From Candidatus Bathyarchaeota archaeon (GTDB lineage Archaea > Thermoproteota > Bathyarchaeia > Bathyarchaeales > Bathycorpusculaceae): a DNA stretch of 64,000 nucleotides. The DNA is taken from positions 1,408,001-1,472,000 of the forward strand of contig OY970340.1 of NCBI GenBank assembly GCA_963717465.1, in the 5' to 3' direction. Under the pieces are notes generated by a model that worked only from the letters and a program-made list of their open reading frames with translations, made no database searches and was not told where the DNA came from. The number at the start of each line of letters is the position of its first letter. Within the stretch, counting starts at the first letter, position 1. This document shows, one piece after another, positions 40,805-51,681 of the stretch. The translations under genes and the position numbers were made by a program.

Positions 40805-41629
40805 ATGGATAAAGACCTTATCATCGTTGACGCCCTATCAATTGCACTTATGATAACAATTTTTTCTGCTCCATTATCACCACTTAGAATTATACTAGGA
40901 TTACCCTTCGTCCTCCTCTTCCCCGGATACGCATTAATCAATGCATTATTCCCAAAGAAAAACGATTTAGACATATTAGAACGATCAGCTTTAAGCATTG
41001 GACTAAGCATAGCGATTGTTCCTCTGGTTGGATTAGCTCTAAATTATTCTCCTTGGGGAATAAGGCTGCTTCCTATAATGGCTTCACTTTTCACATTCAC
41101 TTTACTCATGTCCGCAATAACCAGATATAGAAGATCAAAACTATCCGTCGATCAAAGACTCAAATTTTCACTCTCTGTTAAAATTCCCAGTTGGAATGCA
41201 ATACGCAAAGCCGATAAACTTTTTGTTATAGGCTTTTTGGTTAGCATTATGGTAGTTGGCAGTTTAATGGTTTATCTTGTTTCAACTCCGCAAACTGGTC
41301 AACAGTTTACCGAGTTTTACGTGCTTGGTTCAAACGGCCAATTATCCGATTATCCGACCAATTTGACGATTGGAGAAAACGCGACTCTTGCACTTTGCAT
41401 TGTAAACCATGAGTCTGAAAACGTTACTTATCATATTGTTATTACGCTTAACAACAGCACAATTGAAACGATAAATAACATTACCTTGAGCAACGGAGAA
41501 ACATGGGATCAAAACTACACTTTAACTCCAACCAAAACTGGAGATAACATGAATCTCAGTTTCTTACTCTATCGAGAAGGCTTGGACACTCCATACAGAA
41601 GTTTACAGTTATGGATAAACGTTCAGTAG
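40805..41629 (+). CDS. DUF1616 membrane protein
   Basis: LFPGYALINALFP, ERSALSIGLSIA and FTEFYVLG..G....YP. Confidence 0.88.
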   Translation: MDKDLIIVDALSIALMITIFSAPLSPLRIILGLPFVLLFPGYALINALFPKKNDLDILERSALSIGLSIAIVPLVGLALNYSPWGIRLLPIMASLFTFTLLMSAITRYRRSKLSVDQRLKFSLSVKIPSWNAIRKADKLFVIGFLVSIMVVGSLMVYLVSTPQTGQQFTEFYVLGSNGQLSDYPTNLTIGENATLALCIVNHESENVTYHIVITLNNSTIETINNITLSNGETWDQNYTLTPTKTGDNMNLSFLLYREGLDTPYRSLQLWINVQ

Positions 41630-42429
41630 CAAGAATAAAAGTAACACAAGAACTAAAAATATTCGTTTTCTACATTTTCCTCATTGCAATAGCTGAGACT
41701 TTAACATCACTAATTAATCCGATTGCAGGACTTTTTATGCATTCAATGATCCTTGTCTCTCTGATAGCCTTGTCAGCTTTCTGGCAAAAAACAAAAAATG
41801 CCTCAAACCTTTTCCTTTGTCTCTCAATGGCGCCGTTAATTAGAATATTCAGCCTATCCTTGCCTCTGCAATACTTGCCCACTTACTGCTGGTATTTGGT
41901 AGCTGCAATACCAATGTTTATTGCTAGCATTACTGTGATGAAAATCCAAGGCTTAAGCTTGACCAACGTGGGAATCACGTTCAAGAAACCCATTATTCAA
42001 CTTTTAGTTATGTTAACTGGTATACCTTTCGGAATCATCGAATACTTGATCTTAAAGCCTGAGTCTATTGCGATGGGGCTATCAACCGATAGTATCATTT
42101 TTCTTGCTTTCGGATTAATACTAGCCACAGGATTTGTCGAAGAACTGCTTTTCAGAGGAATCTTCCTCAGCAATGCAGTGAAAACATTCGGCGACAAAGC
42201 AGGACTAATCACTATAACCGCGATTTTCGCAATTCTTCACATCGGCTGGCTAAGTGTACTCGACGTAGGTTTTGTTTTCATCATAGGTTTATTTTTTGGA
42301 TTCTTGACGCTTAAAACTGGAAGTATCGCTGGCGTTAGCGTGTCCCATGGGTTAAACAATGTTGTCCTGTTTCTAATCATGCCTTCGATAAACCTGATAA
42401 ACCTTATAAGCTTAATTATGCCTAAATAG
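41611..42429 (+). CDS. CPBP (CAAX/Abi-type) intramembrane glutamic protease
   Basis: EELLFRG, FAILH and HGLNN motifs. Confidence 0.92.
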   Translation: MDKRSVARIKVTQELKIFVFYIFLIAIAETLTSLINPIAGLFMHSMILVSLIALSAFWQKTKNASNLFLCLSMAPLIRIFSLSLPLQYLPTYCWYLVAAIPMFIASITVMKIQGLSLTNVGITFKKPIIQLLVMLTGIPFGIIEYLILKPESIAMGLSTDSIIFLAFGLILATGFVEELLFRGIFLSNAVKTFGDKAGLITITAIFAILHIGWLSVLDVGFVFIIGLFFGFLTLKTGSIAGVSVSHGLNNVVLFLIMPSINLINLISLIMPK

Positions 42430-42436
42430 TATCCAG

Positions 42437-42685
42437 TTGTCTGCCATGATCTCAACAGTAACCACAACAACCGTAACCACAATCGTGACATTAACTACTA
42501 CTGGTATAAGCTTAGGCGTAATAGCTATCATACTGCTCATAGCCTTGCTGGGTGCACAGGAAGTTGCTACAGCCGACACGCGGCTTTCTCTAAAAGCCTT
42601 AGGCAAATACTTAAATGTTAGTGTACTGCCGCTACTATCAGTTTTTACATTAATTATACTTTTGAAAGTACTTGAAATTGCTTGA
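42437..42685 (+). CDS. Small membrane protein with Thr-rich N-terminus (start may be 42446)
   Basis: MISTVTTTTVTTIVTLTTTG followed by two TM helices; tightly coupled to the CPBP gene. Confidence 0.75.
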   Translation: MSAMISTVTTTTVTTIVTLTTTGISLGVIAIILLIALLGAQEVATADTRLSLKALGKYLNVSVLPLLSVFTLIILLKVLEIA

Positions 42686-42937
42686 TTTCTGCTATCCTTT
42701 CAGCTAAGACAGTTTTAATTATGGATGAAAACGCATTTGATGGCGTTCTAATAATAAACAATCTTACAAGTCATCGTACTTTTTGTAATTTAGCAAAAAT
42801 GAAACCTTTGCTCTTAGTTCCGGATTGCGTGAGAAGCAAACTTGAAAGCTCTATTAGAGATCATAACATGCTCAGCTTTAATTCAAACCCAAAACGAGCC
42901 TAAAAGGGATTAAGATACTGCTTGTATTTGCAAGTAA

Positions 42938-44068
42938 ATGCTAAGGGAACATTTAACGACGAGAAATAATTGTATGCTTAAGCAAACTGATTTATCACTA
43001 AATTTTTTGAATTGTGCTTCGCTGCTGCCAGATCTTCTGGATTATGAGAAATATGTTTCTCAAGATTTGCGGTTTGGCATGGTTGGTTTTGGGAAGATGG
43101 GTATATTACACAGCAGCATACTCAATTTGCTTAAACCTAATTGCGTAGAAATCATTGTAGATAAAAGTCGACTCATGGCGCTGAGCGCCTCTAGAATCGT
43201 TAGGAATGTCAAGTTCTATAGAGACTTGGACAAGATGCTAAGGACTAGTGATTTTAGCGCGATTTATGTGACTACTTCTGCACAGTCGCATTACCCTATT
43301 GTATCAAAATTGCTTGATAGTGGTGTTAAATATGTGTTTGTTGAGAAGCCTCCTACGGTAAACTTGACTCAGTTTTATTCATTGATCCAAAAGGTCAAGA
43401 ATGATCAAGTGGTGATGGTAGGTCTCCAGAAAAGATTCGCGTTGCCATTTAGACATGCGAAATTGCTAATTTCAGAGAGGGCAATTGGCGAAGTAGAGAA
43501 GGTATCTGCCTACATAAAATCCAGCGATATAATGGTGTCCACTTCAAGGTTTAACTCTATTGGCAGGGGAGTGAATTTGGATCTAGGCATTCACTTACTC
43601 GATCTACTGGTGTGGATGTTCAACGTGAACAATGTGGAAAGCGCTAGGTGCAGGACGGTGTACAGTGGTGTAGATGATTATTTTGAAGCATTGTTGAAGA
43701 ACCAAGATGGTCTTGAGTGTAACGTTGAAATGACATGGTCAAGTCCAGACCATCGCCTGCCAGAGACGTGTTTAGAAGTTTACGGGTCTAACGGGAAGCT
43801 TAAGGTTACCGAGGATTGTCTAAAGGTAAAGTTTGCGGAGGATCATAAGTTACTTAATAACCAGAAAGAGTTTGTATTTTATAAGCCACACTATTATCGA
43901 GACACACCGCCGGTTAACCTTGCTGACCCCGAATATACTTTGGAGGATATGCACTTCATTTGTAGCGTAGGCTCATCTGTGAGGCCTCTAACAGACTTGA
44001 GAAACCTTACCAAGGTCATGGGGCTCATAGATGAGATGTACAAGATAGCGGGTCAGCCAGCAAGCTAA
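42938..44068 (+). CDS. Gfo/Idh/MocA oxidoreductase
   Basis: VGFGKMG, VEKP and DLGIHLLD. Confidence 0.9.
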   Translation: MLREHLTTRNNCMLKQTDLSLNFLNCASLLPDLLDYEKYVSQDLRFGMVGFGKMGILHSSILNLLKPNCVEIIVDKSRLMALSASRIVRNVKFYRDLDKMLRTSDFSAIYVTTSAQSHYPIVSKLLDSGVKYVFVEKPPTVNLTQFYSLIQKVKNDQVVMVGLQKRFALPFRHAKLLISERAIGEVEKVSAYIKSSDIMVSTSRFNSIGRGVNLDLGIHLLDLLVWMFNVNNVESARCRTVYSGVDDYFEALLKNQDGLECNVEMTWSSPDHRLPETCLEVYGSNGKLKVTEDCLKVKFAEDHKLLNNQKEFVFYKPHYYRDTPPVNLADPEYTLEDMHFICSVGSSVRPLTDLRNLTKVMGLIDEMYKIAGQPAS

Positions 44069-44073
44069 TGTAA

Positions 44074-44994
44074 ATGATCCAGGAACTGTTGCTTGGCGAT
44101 AACCCGTTCATCGGGGTTAGCCACTTATCTCAGGAAAAGGCTAGGGCTGAAGTAAGAGAAGCGCTGCTGGAGAATAGGGCTAGAGTTGTTGAGGCTGCTG
44201 TTAAAGGTGGAGCGACTGGCTTCACTTTCTCCACTCATGAAAATAACTTGGAATTGCTGACGTACCTGAACATCAATAATAGCGAAGTATTCAACAAGTT
44301 GAATTACTACATCTTAGTTCCGTATGCGCAACTTTATGTCAGGAAAGCCAACATTGAGGGGACACCAGCCCTTCTATCATCTGTGTTGAGTGAAATAGCT
44401 CATACTGGAAAATCATCTATTATAGATGCAGTGGCAGCGTTAACAACATTAAATCCTGCGAGGCTCGCTGAACTTTTCATTGAAATTGAACTAAGTCCTT
44501 ACCTGAAAATTTTGCCTAAGAAAAATGTAAAGGCGATTTTGCTTCATGAGATTTTGACGGATCTTCTCTTAGCGCACGATCTTTTTGATGTGGTAGCAAG
44601 CGTCGGAAAGAGAATTAAGAAGAGGATAGGAACAGGCTTCGGAGTGGAAACCAGAAACTTTGGTTGCATGTTCAATTTTTTACTAACTTCAAATTGTTAT
44701 CCCGAGTACGTAATGACGCCCATCAACAGGCTGGGATATCAAATGGCTCCGAAAAGGGAGACGGTTGAGAAAAACATCAAGGATTTGACCGGAAAAAGCA
44801 AGGTTATAGCCATTAACATTATGGCTTCTGGAGCGTTAAGTATGGAAGAAACTATACAGTACTTGGCAAAATACAAGGAAAACTTGTATGCAGTAACATG
44901 TGCCTCCTCTAAACCCGAAAGGGCACTCAGCAACTTCAAAAAACTCTCTCAGGCTTTCCTACAAACAGAGCTTAAGACTGTCATTGTTGAATAA
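44074..44994 (+). CDS. Hypothetical protein (possible TIM-barrel) coupled to the oxidoreductase
   Basis: Long ORF in operon; LLGDNPFIGVSH and IAINIMASGA. Function unassigned. Confidence 0.7.
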   Translation: MIQELLLGDNPFIGVSHLSQEKARAEVREALLENRARVVEAAVKGGATGFTFSTHENNLELLTYLNINNSEVFNKLNYYILVPYAQLYVRKANIEGTPALLSSVLSEIAHTGKSSIIDAVAALTTLNPARLAELFIEIELSPYLKILPKKNVKAILLHEILTDLLLAHDLFDVVASVGKRIKKRIGTGFGVETRNFGCMFNFLLTSNCYPEYVMTPINRLGYQMAPKRETVEKNIKDLTGKSKVIAINIMASGALSMEETIQYLAKYKENLYAVTCASSKPERALSNFKKLSQAFLQTELKTVIVE

Positions 44995-45021
44995 AGGCCT
45001 TTTACGTCGCGAAAGGTTCTC

Positions 45022-46218
45022 TTGCGAATGAATGTTTTGTTCGTGGCGAGGGAGTATCCGCCTTTTGAAGTTGGGGGGGTTGCAAGGCATACGTTCTGTT
45101 TAGTTAAGCACCTCAGAAGACTCGGTGTTTCATGTAAGGTCTTATCCTTCGGTGATCCAAGGATCATTCAAGAAGGCGTAGTATTCATCAAACCATCCAG
45201 CTCCGTTATAAGCAGGTCTAATCGTCCGTTAGCTAATGATTCGAAGGTACTGGTTGACATATTACGGCTAACGACTGCTGCTAAAAAACTTGTTGCAAAT
45301 GAGAAATTTGATGTTGTTCATGTTGAGGAACCCTACGTTGGGGCGTTCGTTACTTTCAAAAGGAAGATTACTACGATCCATGATACAAGTTATGGCGAGT
45401 TGAAACCTATTTTACGTGGTTCCCTTAGCTCTCCAAGCCTTAAGCGTGCCTTGTTCTATGTTCTGATGGGGTTTGGGTTTGAACAGGCTTGCGTCGCCTC
45501 AAGCAGGGTCATTATCACACCGTATGAACATGTGAAGGAAGAGCTTCTTCGTATATACAGGACGCCGAAGGAAAAGATTAAAGTGATTGTCAATGGCGTC
45601 GATGCATTGGACATTCCTGAAACTTGCAATAGCGAGAATAAGGTTGCAGCTAAGCGTAAGCTTGGACTGCCAATGACTGACCATCTAATCTTCACCACAG
45701 CGCAACACATTGCGAGGAAGCGTCTTGACACGTTGGTCGAGGCGGTTAAACTGTTACGCGGAAAAGAAGTGAAAGAATTTCACGTAGTAATTGGGGGCGA
45801 CGGACCTTTGAGGTTGAGCGTCATGGGACTCGTAAGAAAATATGGACTCGAAAAAGATATATTGCTTCCTGGCTGGGTTTCACGAGAACAGCTAGAACTA
45901 TATTACCAAGCGGCTGACATATTTGCGCTCCCTTCAGAGTACGAGGCTGGTCCGTTGACACTTCTTGAGGCTATGGCTTATGGCGTTCCTGTTGTTAGCT
46001 CAAGAATAGATGGGTTCGCTAGTCTAATACGTGATGGTATTGACGGCCTACTGTTTCCTGTAGGCGATCCCCATGCCCTTAGTGACTGCGTGAAAAAACT
46101 TTTACTTGATGATCCTCTACGTAGCCAAATATCTAGTTCAGCTAAGCTTTTTGCTCAAAGATTTGACTGGAAAACAGTTGCAGAAGAAACTCTGCGGGTT
46201 TACGAGAGCATGCAGTAG
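45022..46218 (+). CDS. GT4 glycosyltransferase
   Basis: EYPP..GG, VNGVD and EAGPLTLLEAMAYG. Confidence 0.92.
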   Translation: MRMNVLFVAREYPPFEVGGVARHTFCLVKHLRRLGVSCKVLSFGDPRIIQEGVVFIKPSSSVISRSNRPLANDSKVLVDILRLTTAAKKLVANEKFDVVHVEEPYVGAFVTFKRKITTIHDTSYGELKPILRGSLSSPSLKRALFYVLMGFGFEQACVASSRVIITPYEHVKEELLRIYRTPKEKIKVIVNGVDALDIPETCNSENKVAAKRKLGLPMTDHLIFTTAQHIARKRLDTLVEAVKLLRGKEVKEFHVVIGGDGPLRLSVMGLVRKYGLEKDILLPGWVSREQLELYYQAADIFALPSEYEAGPLTLLEAMAYGVPVVSSRIDGFASLIRDGIDGLLFPVGDPHALSDCVKKLLLDDPLRSQISSSAKLFAQRFDWKTVAEETLRVYESMQ

Positions 46219-47331
46219 ATGGAAACTTTTAAGATAGTTCAAGTGACGCATACATACCCGCCTTACGTAACAGGTCTTGCGCATGTAGCCGAGATGGTTT
46301 CTAAGAACCTGGTCAAGCAAGGGCATGAAGTGGAAGTTGTAACTCTTGATCCATCCCTAAAACTAAAGAAGAATGAAGATGATGACGGAGTATACGTGAG
46401 AAGGTTTTCTTGTCTTGCACCTTCAAACACATATTTTTTTCCGGATCCAAAAGTTGCATTGTATCTCAGAGATGTTAAAGCCGACCTTTTACATGCTCAT
46501 AACATTGGTGCATTGCTTGTTCCTTTTTGCTGGTTGGCTACTAAAAGCCGTCTTGAAAAAGTTCCTTTCGTGCTTTCGCCTCATCACCATTTTGCAGGAA
46601 GCACATGGCATACAACGATGTTTTGGATGCCATACAAGCCAGTGGCAAAACTTGCAGTCCGTTCCGCTAATGTAGTGCACTGTGTTTCAGAGTTTGAGGC
46701 TAAATTAGTCAAGGATGAGTTCGGAGTGATGCCTGTTGTAGTGAGCAACGGTGTTGACGATGACGTTTTCTCGTTTCGCTGTAACCCTAATAAGGACAGG
46801 TTAATTTTAACGTATGCTGGCAGGGTTGAAAAGTACAAGAGAGTAAATTTGCTAGTGGAGGCTGCTTCAAATTTGCTTACAAGAGGGTACGATGTCACCC
46901 TGCGGATAATAGGCTACGGATCAGATCTTTCTAATGTTCTTCTGCTCTCAAAACTTAAGAGCGTTAAAGTGGAACACTACAATTTCTTGTATAGGCACGA
47001 TTACCTTAAGCTTCTTTCAGAAAGCAGTTGCTTTGTAAACCTATCTCTTTACGAGGCATTCAGCATCGTTGTCGCGGAAGCCGCATGCATAGGTATGCCT
47101 GTTGTCGCTTCTCTTCCTTGGGGTAAAACTTTCAGTGGTTTCCCCAACGTTCTGCTAACAAAAAGCGATTCGCCGAGCGAGGTTGCTGATGCCTTATTGA
47201 AAGCGGTAAACCTGCCCATCGGAAATGACAGTAGAATTCTTTCGTGGCCTGAAATCACGCGGAAGATAGTTCGGCAAGTCTATGTTCCCTCTTTCTGTGT
47301 TCCCTCTTTAGCGAAGGTATCTTCTATTTGA
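46219..47331 (+). CDS. GT4 glycosyltransferase
   Basis: NGVD, GRVEKYK and EAFSIVVAEA. Confidence 0.9.
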   Translation: METFKIVQVTHTYPPYVTGLAHVAEMVSKNLVKQGHEVEVVTLDPSLKLKKNEDDDGVYVRRFSCLAPSNTYFFPDPKVALYLRDVKADLLHAHNIGALLVPFCWLATKSRLEKVPFVLSPHHHFAGSTWHTTMFWMPYKPVAKLAVRSANVVHCVSEFEAKLVKDEFGVMPVVVSNGVDDDVFSFRCNPNKDRLILTYAGRVEKYKRVNLLVEAASNLLTRGYDVTLRIIGYGSDLSNVLLLSKLKSVKVEHYNFLYRHDYLKLLSESSCFVNLSLYEAFSIVVAEAACIGMPVVASLPWGKTFSGFPNVLLTKSDSPSEVADALLKAVNLPIGNDSRILSWPEITRKIVRQVYVPSFCVPSLAKVSSI

Positions 47332-48428
47332 TGCTTCAGCAAGAGTGCCCGGCTGTTCCGCTTGAGATAGTTGTTAGGGGCATAGCTGCATACGCTGTTA
47401 GGTATGTATCCAGCGGATGGGTTTTTGATGAGCAATTTACCGATCAGCTGAGTTTACTTAGAAGCGATGAGGTGAAAGAGTTATCTCGTCTAATTGAGGC
47501 AAATCGTGTGACCGTTCCGGTCTATGAAGCGTTAAGCGAAATTGATGTACCTGCTGCAGGAGAACTGCGTGATAGTCTTAGAGCCGTTTATCTAAAGATA
47601 AAGGAGCATGGGCGGTATAGAGATACGCTGCTAAGAAGGCTTGTTGATGTGCTTGATGGCGGGGGCGTTGATTATGTTGTCTTTAAAACTTTTAACAGGT
47701 TGGGCTCGGTTGGTGTAGATATAGATATTCTTATCAATTCGTCAAGCTTTGATTTGTGCGTTGGTGCTCTTTTGGCAGACGGTTTTTTCGCCGTGGATGA
47801 TCTTGCTAAAAGGTACGCGACGGGTTTTATGATTAGAGGAAACCCTATCATAGTTGATCTGCATACTGAGCTTGCGGTTCTAGGCGTCAGGTACATGTCT
47901 CCTGACTTGATGTTGAGAAATAGACAACGCGTTTTGTTCCAGCCTAGCGATGGCTCTACTTCGTTTTCCTTAATCGTGCTTGAAAACACTATGGATACTT
48001 TAGTGAGGATGGCACACTCTGTCTTGAAGGAGGGGCAAGTCACAATAAATGATGTAGCCGAAACACTTCATGGTTTCTCAGGTAACCTAAACTTGATGAT
48101 GAAATATACTAATGAAGAAAACTTGCAGTTTGCAGCTTCGATTTTCTCCTCAGCCGCTCAGCACATGTTAAACGAAGAACGGTTCAAGCGTTTAATGATG
48201 TTCGATGAGACTCATACTCAAAGTATTGTTAGACGAATCTTAAATGATTCCCTCATGGGCTCCCTTCCTCCATTCAAGCTTCCAATAGCAGTGTGCCTAC
48301 TTGCGTTTTTTGATCATCTGAGGAGGAACGGTGAAATATGCAAGTATCTGCCAATACTCATATATTCATTCAAATTTAGAAGAAACGCCGCGCATCTTGG
48401 ACGAAAAATGCTTGAACGACTAACCTAG
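47328..48428 (+). CDS. Putative nucleotidyltransferase (NTP_transf_5-like)
   Basis: VVFK...DIDILI...VDLH pattern. Confidence 0.65.
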   Translation: MMLQQECPAVPLEIVVRGIAAYAVRYVSSGWVFDEQFTDQLSLLRSDEVKELSRLIEANRVTVPVYEALSEIDVPAAGELRDSLRAVYLKIKEHGRYRDTLLRRLVDVLDGGGVDYVVFKTFNRLGSVGVDIDILINSSSFDLCVGALLADGFFAVDDLAKRYATGFMIRGNPIIVDLHTELAVLGVRYMSPDLMLRNRQRVLFQPSDGSTSFSLIVLENTMDTLVRMAHSVLKEGQVTINDVAETLHGFSGNLNLMMKYTNEENLQFAASIFSSAAQHMLNEERFKRLMMFDETHTQSIVRRILNDSLMGSLPPFKLPIAVCLLAFFDHLRRNGEICKYLPILIYSFKFRRNAAHLGRKMLERLT

Positions 48429-48674
48429 CTGTTCCATGCAAAAGGGTCGCTTGCAAACTGAAAATCTTGCAAATTAATTCGTGTAATTGCAAATCAAATT
48501 CCCCGCTAAATAAACTGGACGATAAAAAGTAATGTTCTTGTTTTGTTCCTGGATTAGGAAAGGCTTCGAGTTTCCTCCTTCTGTCAGTTTAAAAGGGTTC
48601 AATTCTGCTCATAGTTTTGGTTTCAAGCGTTACTAGGTGGATTAGAGCGTAGAGCCTTGCTTGCAAGTTAAATC

Positions 48675-50423
48675 GTGTTCGTGTTAGGTGTTACATTAAT
48701 CTTGGTGAGTCTTAGCTTCACGGAAATTTTGCTTTTTGGGACTCCTGCACTTGCCGCTGTCTTCGTCTACTTTCTGTTAAAAAGAGGAGAAGGTGAGGGA
48801 TTACACGTCTCTAAAGGATACGACACAATACGTTACGTTCATTATTCATTACTTTTAGCGCTTTCATTAACAACGGTTTACTCTGTTTATGCTGATTCTA
48901 GACCCTTCATCTACTTTTTGATTATATCTGCGCTTTTCGTAACGAGCGTGCTTATCGGGATGAATCCAAACAAAAAAAGTTCTCAAGGAATCTTGTTCCT
49001 GACCGCCATTATATTAGCGGTCTCTGTACCTACAGCCATCATCGTGGGCAACAATTTCTATCCTTTTAACAGTTTTGGAAGCGAGTCGATTCTGCAAACT
49101 GGAAACATACAAGCTTATCAGAGCAGTGCCATGGCAGCGGGTGATTACTACTACATACCGATTGAAACACTGCTTGAATGCTCAGTAGCGCTGGTTACGG
49201 GACAGGCCATAATCGCCCCCTTCGTTTACGTCGTAGCTTTTTTGGTTGCAGCTGTCGCGGGCATTTTTATACTGCTTCGGAGACTAAGCCACAGTGCCCT
49301 AACTGGAATTATAGGCGTTTTCTTTCTCATGTCCATTCCCTCCTTAACTATCCTTGGTCGAATGCCTGCAATAGTTTATGTGATTTTCTACATCTTATTC
49401 ATGTTAATGATCTTCGAGTCGCACCATGCCTCAGTCATATGTCTCTGGATTGTAAGTTTGCCCATGATATTCATGCATCCATCTGGGCTTGTAGCCGTTA
49501 TCGCGCTTCTTTTGCCTCTTGCAATATTAGGGATTAAAAACTGGCCTGGCAAAGGAATGAATAGCCGTAGAATGAGGCTTTCTATTCTAACAACGGTTAT
49601 TATAGCTCTTGCATACTGGAGCTACACCTACTTGCTTTCATTTATGTCGAATGTAGGGATCAAGTTCTATTCAACTATCCAATCCTACTTCTCTGGGGTA
49701 ACAGTAAGCGGTATTGGGTCAAATTATGCTCCATTATATTATTCTCCAGGTTATGAGGTCTACGCTTATGCTTGGGCAATTCCAGCTGCACTTGCAGCAA
49801 CATTGTTAATATCAGTTATCTTCCAATTAATACGGAAGAAGAAACCTGAGCCAAGCCAGAGTCTAATAATAACTTCTGCTTTTACAGGTCTAGTTATAGT
49901 TATCATTGCATACTTATCCTATCCTAGAGGTGATATTGGGCAATATCTTATCCCCGTTGGATACTTCCTCCTATTATTGGCCTCTTCGGTTGTAGCTGCA
50001 AAACTTCTAACAAGTAAAAGGAAGAAGTTAGTTGTGATAGTAGCAGCAATGCTTGCTCTGTTTGTACTTGTAGGAACATTCTCGCCTGATTGGGCCCCTC
50101 TCGAACATCCAGACTTTGGAACCTCTGCAACCGTCTACCCATATCACTCTTATTTGGAAGCTGGAACAGTAATTCCTTTAATTCCCAAGAACGCAACAGT
50201 CTATTATGATTATGACTTTCCGATTGAAGAGGGTGCGTACAAGCCTGTTCGAGATGTAATCACACAGATTTCCACTGGAACTGACCCGACGGAGTTCGCA
50301 AACCCACCAGTCACTTTGTACGCTATTAGAGAAGAACGCTTTTCAAGTGGATCTGATCTAGAGAACTTCGACACTGTATACTCAAGCGGCTATCACAGAA
50401 TAATAGTATTGCAAACAGGCTAA
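48675..50423 (+). CDS. Multi-TM membrane protein (GT-C/polymerase-like)
   Basis: More than 12 hydrophobic segments; C-terminal loop ending VYSSG. Confidence 0.65.
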   Translation: MFVLGVTLILVSLSFTEILLFGTPALAAVFVYFLLKRGEGEGLHVSKGYDTIRYVHYSLLLALSLTTVYSVYADSRPFIYFLIISALFVTSVLIGMNPNKKSSQGILFLTAIILAVSVPTAIIVGNNFYPFNSFGSESILQTGNIQAYQSSAMAAGDYYYIPIETLLECSVALVTGQAIIAPFVYVVAFLVAAVAGIFILLRRLSHSALTGIIGVFFLMSIPSLTILGRMPAIVYVIFYILFMLMIFESHHASVICLWIVSLPMIFMHPSGLVAVIALLLPLAILGIKNWPGKGMNSRRMRLSILTTVIIALAYWSYTYLLSFMSNVGIKFYSTIQSYFSGVTVSGIGSNYAPLYYSPGYEVYAYAWAIPAALAATLLISVIFQLIRKKKPEPSQSLIITSAFTGLVIVIIAYLSYPRGDIGQYLIPVGYFLLLLASSVVAAKLLTSKRKKLVVIVAAMLALFVLVGTFSPDWAPLEHPDFGTSATVYPYHSYLEAGTVIPLIPKNATVYYDYDFPIEEGAYKPVRDVITQISTGTDPTEFANPPVTLYAIREERFSSGSDLENFDTVYSSGYHRIIVLQTG

Positions 50424-50749
50424 GCAAATATGGTCCTATTGAATAATTAGTTAATGTGTTCGGCCCTAATTAGAATTGATTGGTAATTATAACGTGATCG
50501 CTTTAAAGCACGCCAGAACTCCTTCAAGTTTCTTGCGTAAAAAGAATTGTGAATGAACTTTACGGTCAACAAAAGAATTTCTATGAGCTTACTAGTTTGT
50601 TTTCAAGTCAAGGTTTTGTTATGACGTATCTAATCAAATGCTGCCCGTATCTATAATTTTATACCTAAGACTTGTGAGATTGAATAAGAGGAAATGGATG
50701 CTTCATTTCGAATCTGCCAAGCGACTGATAGTTTGTAGATGAAACGACA

Positions 50750-51566
50750 ATGCGCATTGGTGTTATGGTACCTGCATATAATGAGGAAAAGAACATATCT
50801 CTTTGTCTTAAGAGTCTTCTACGACAGACTCTTAGACCTGTTCAAATAATAGTGTGCGATAATGAAAGTACTGACAATACTAGGCAGATCGCTGATCAAA
50901 TTCTAAATAAGAGTAATATTTCATTTCGTATAATTTCTGAAAGGAAGAAACCTTCAATAGAAAAGGGCAATATTAACTTCGTTTATTGGCGCGCGAGCAA
51001 ATATCTTCAAAAAGACCTTGATCTTGTGGCATGCCTAGAGGCAGATGTTGTTCTCGATGAGAAGTATTATGCGGTTATTGCTCAAGAATTCAAGAAAGAT
51101 TCAACTGTAGGATTGGCCTGCGGCATTTTATTGCCAGTGGGGTTCTCAAAACCTTTTCCCTTGCCTGAGCCTTATAAAATGACCTGGGGTGCAAATCGTG
51201 TATATGGGCACTCTTGTTGGTTAGATGTGAATACTGCAATCGACTTACGCCTCTTGCCCGCATGGGACACCGACCAGAACATACCTAGCATTTCTCAAAG
51301 GTTGGAAAATAGCCCAGTTTAAAGAGGCGATTTCTTGGCATCTACGACCGATTAATCCTGATCGAGGCATCGCAAGGGGAATTAAATATCGATGCATAGG
51401 TTATCCTATTTGGTGGATTATGTATAAGGCACTTAAAGATTTTGATCTAGGTTTGCTTGCGGGTTATACCCTCAAAACACTTTGGGGTACTCCTGATTTC
51501 CCACTGAAGAATATTTACCAACAAGCTATAACTTCTGAAGTGAAAAGACAAATTAAGAAGCTATAG
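50750..51566 (+). pseudogene. GT2 glycosyltransferase with +1 frameshift
   Basis: VPAYNEE, DNESTD, EADV and WDTD. Removing one C at 51284 extends the frame through SWHLRP...GYPIWW to TAG 51566. Confidence 0.82.
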
Positions 51567-51681
51567 CGAGTTTAGGGTGTAACCGTGCACAGAACATGCA
51601 TAGCAAGTTGAGGCGCACTTTAAATGATGATAGACCCAATCATGCATAACATCATTGAACACTTAATACAAAAAGACAAGT

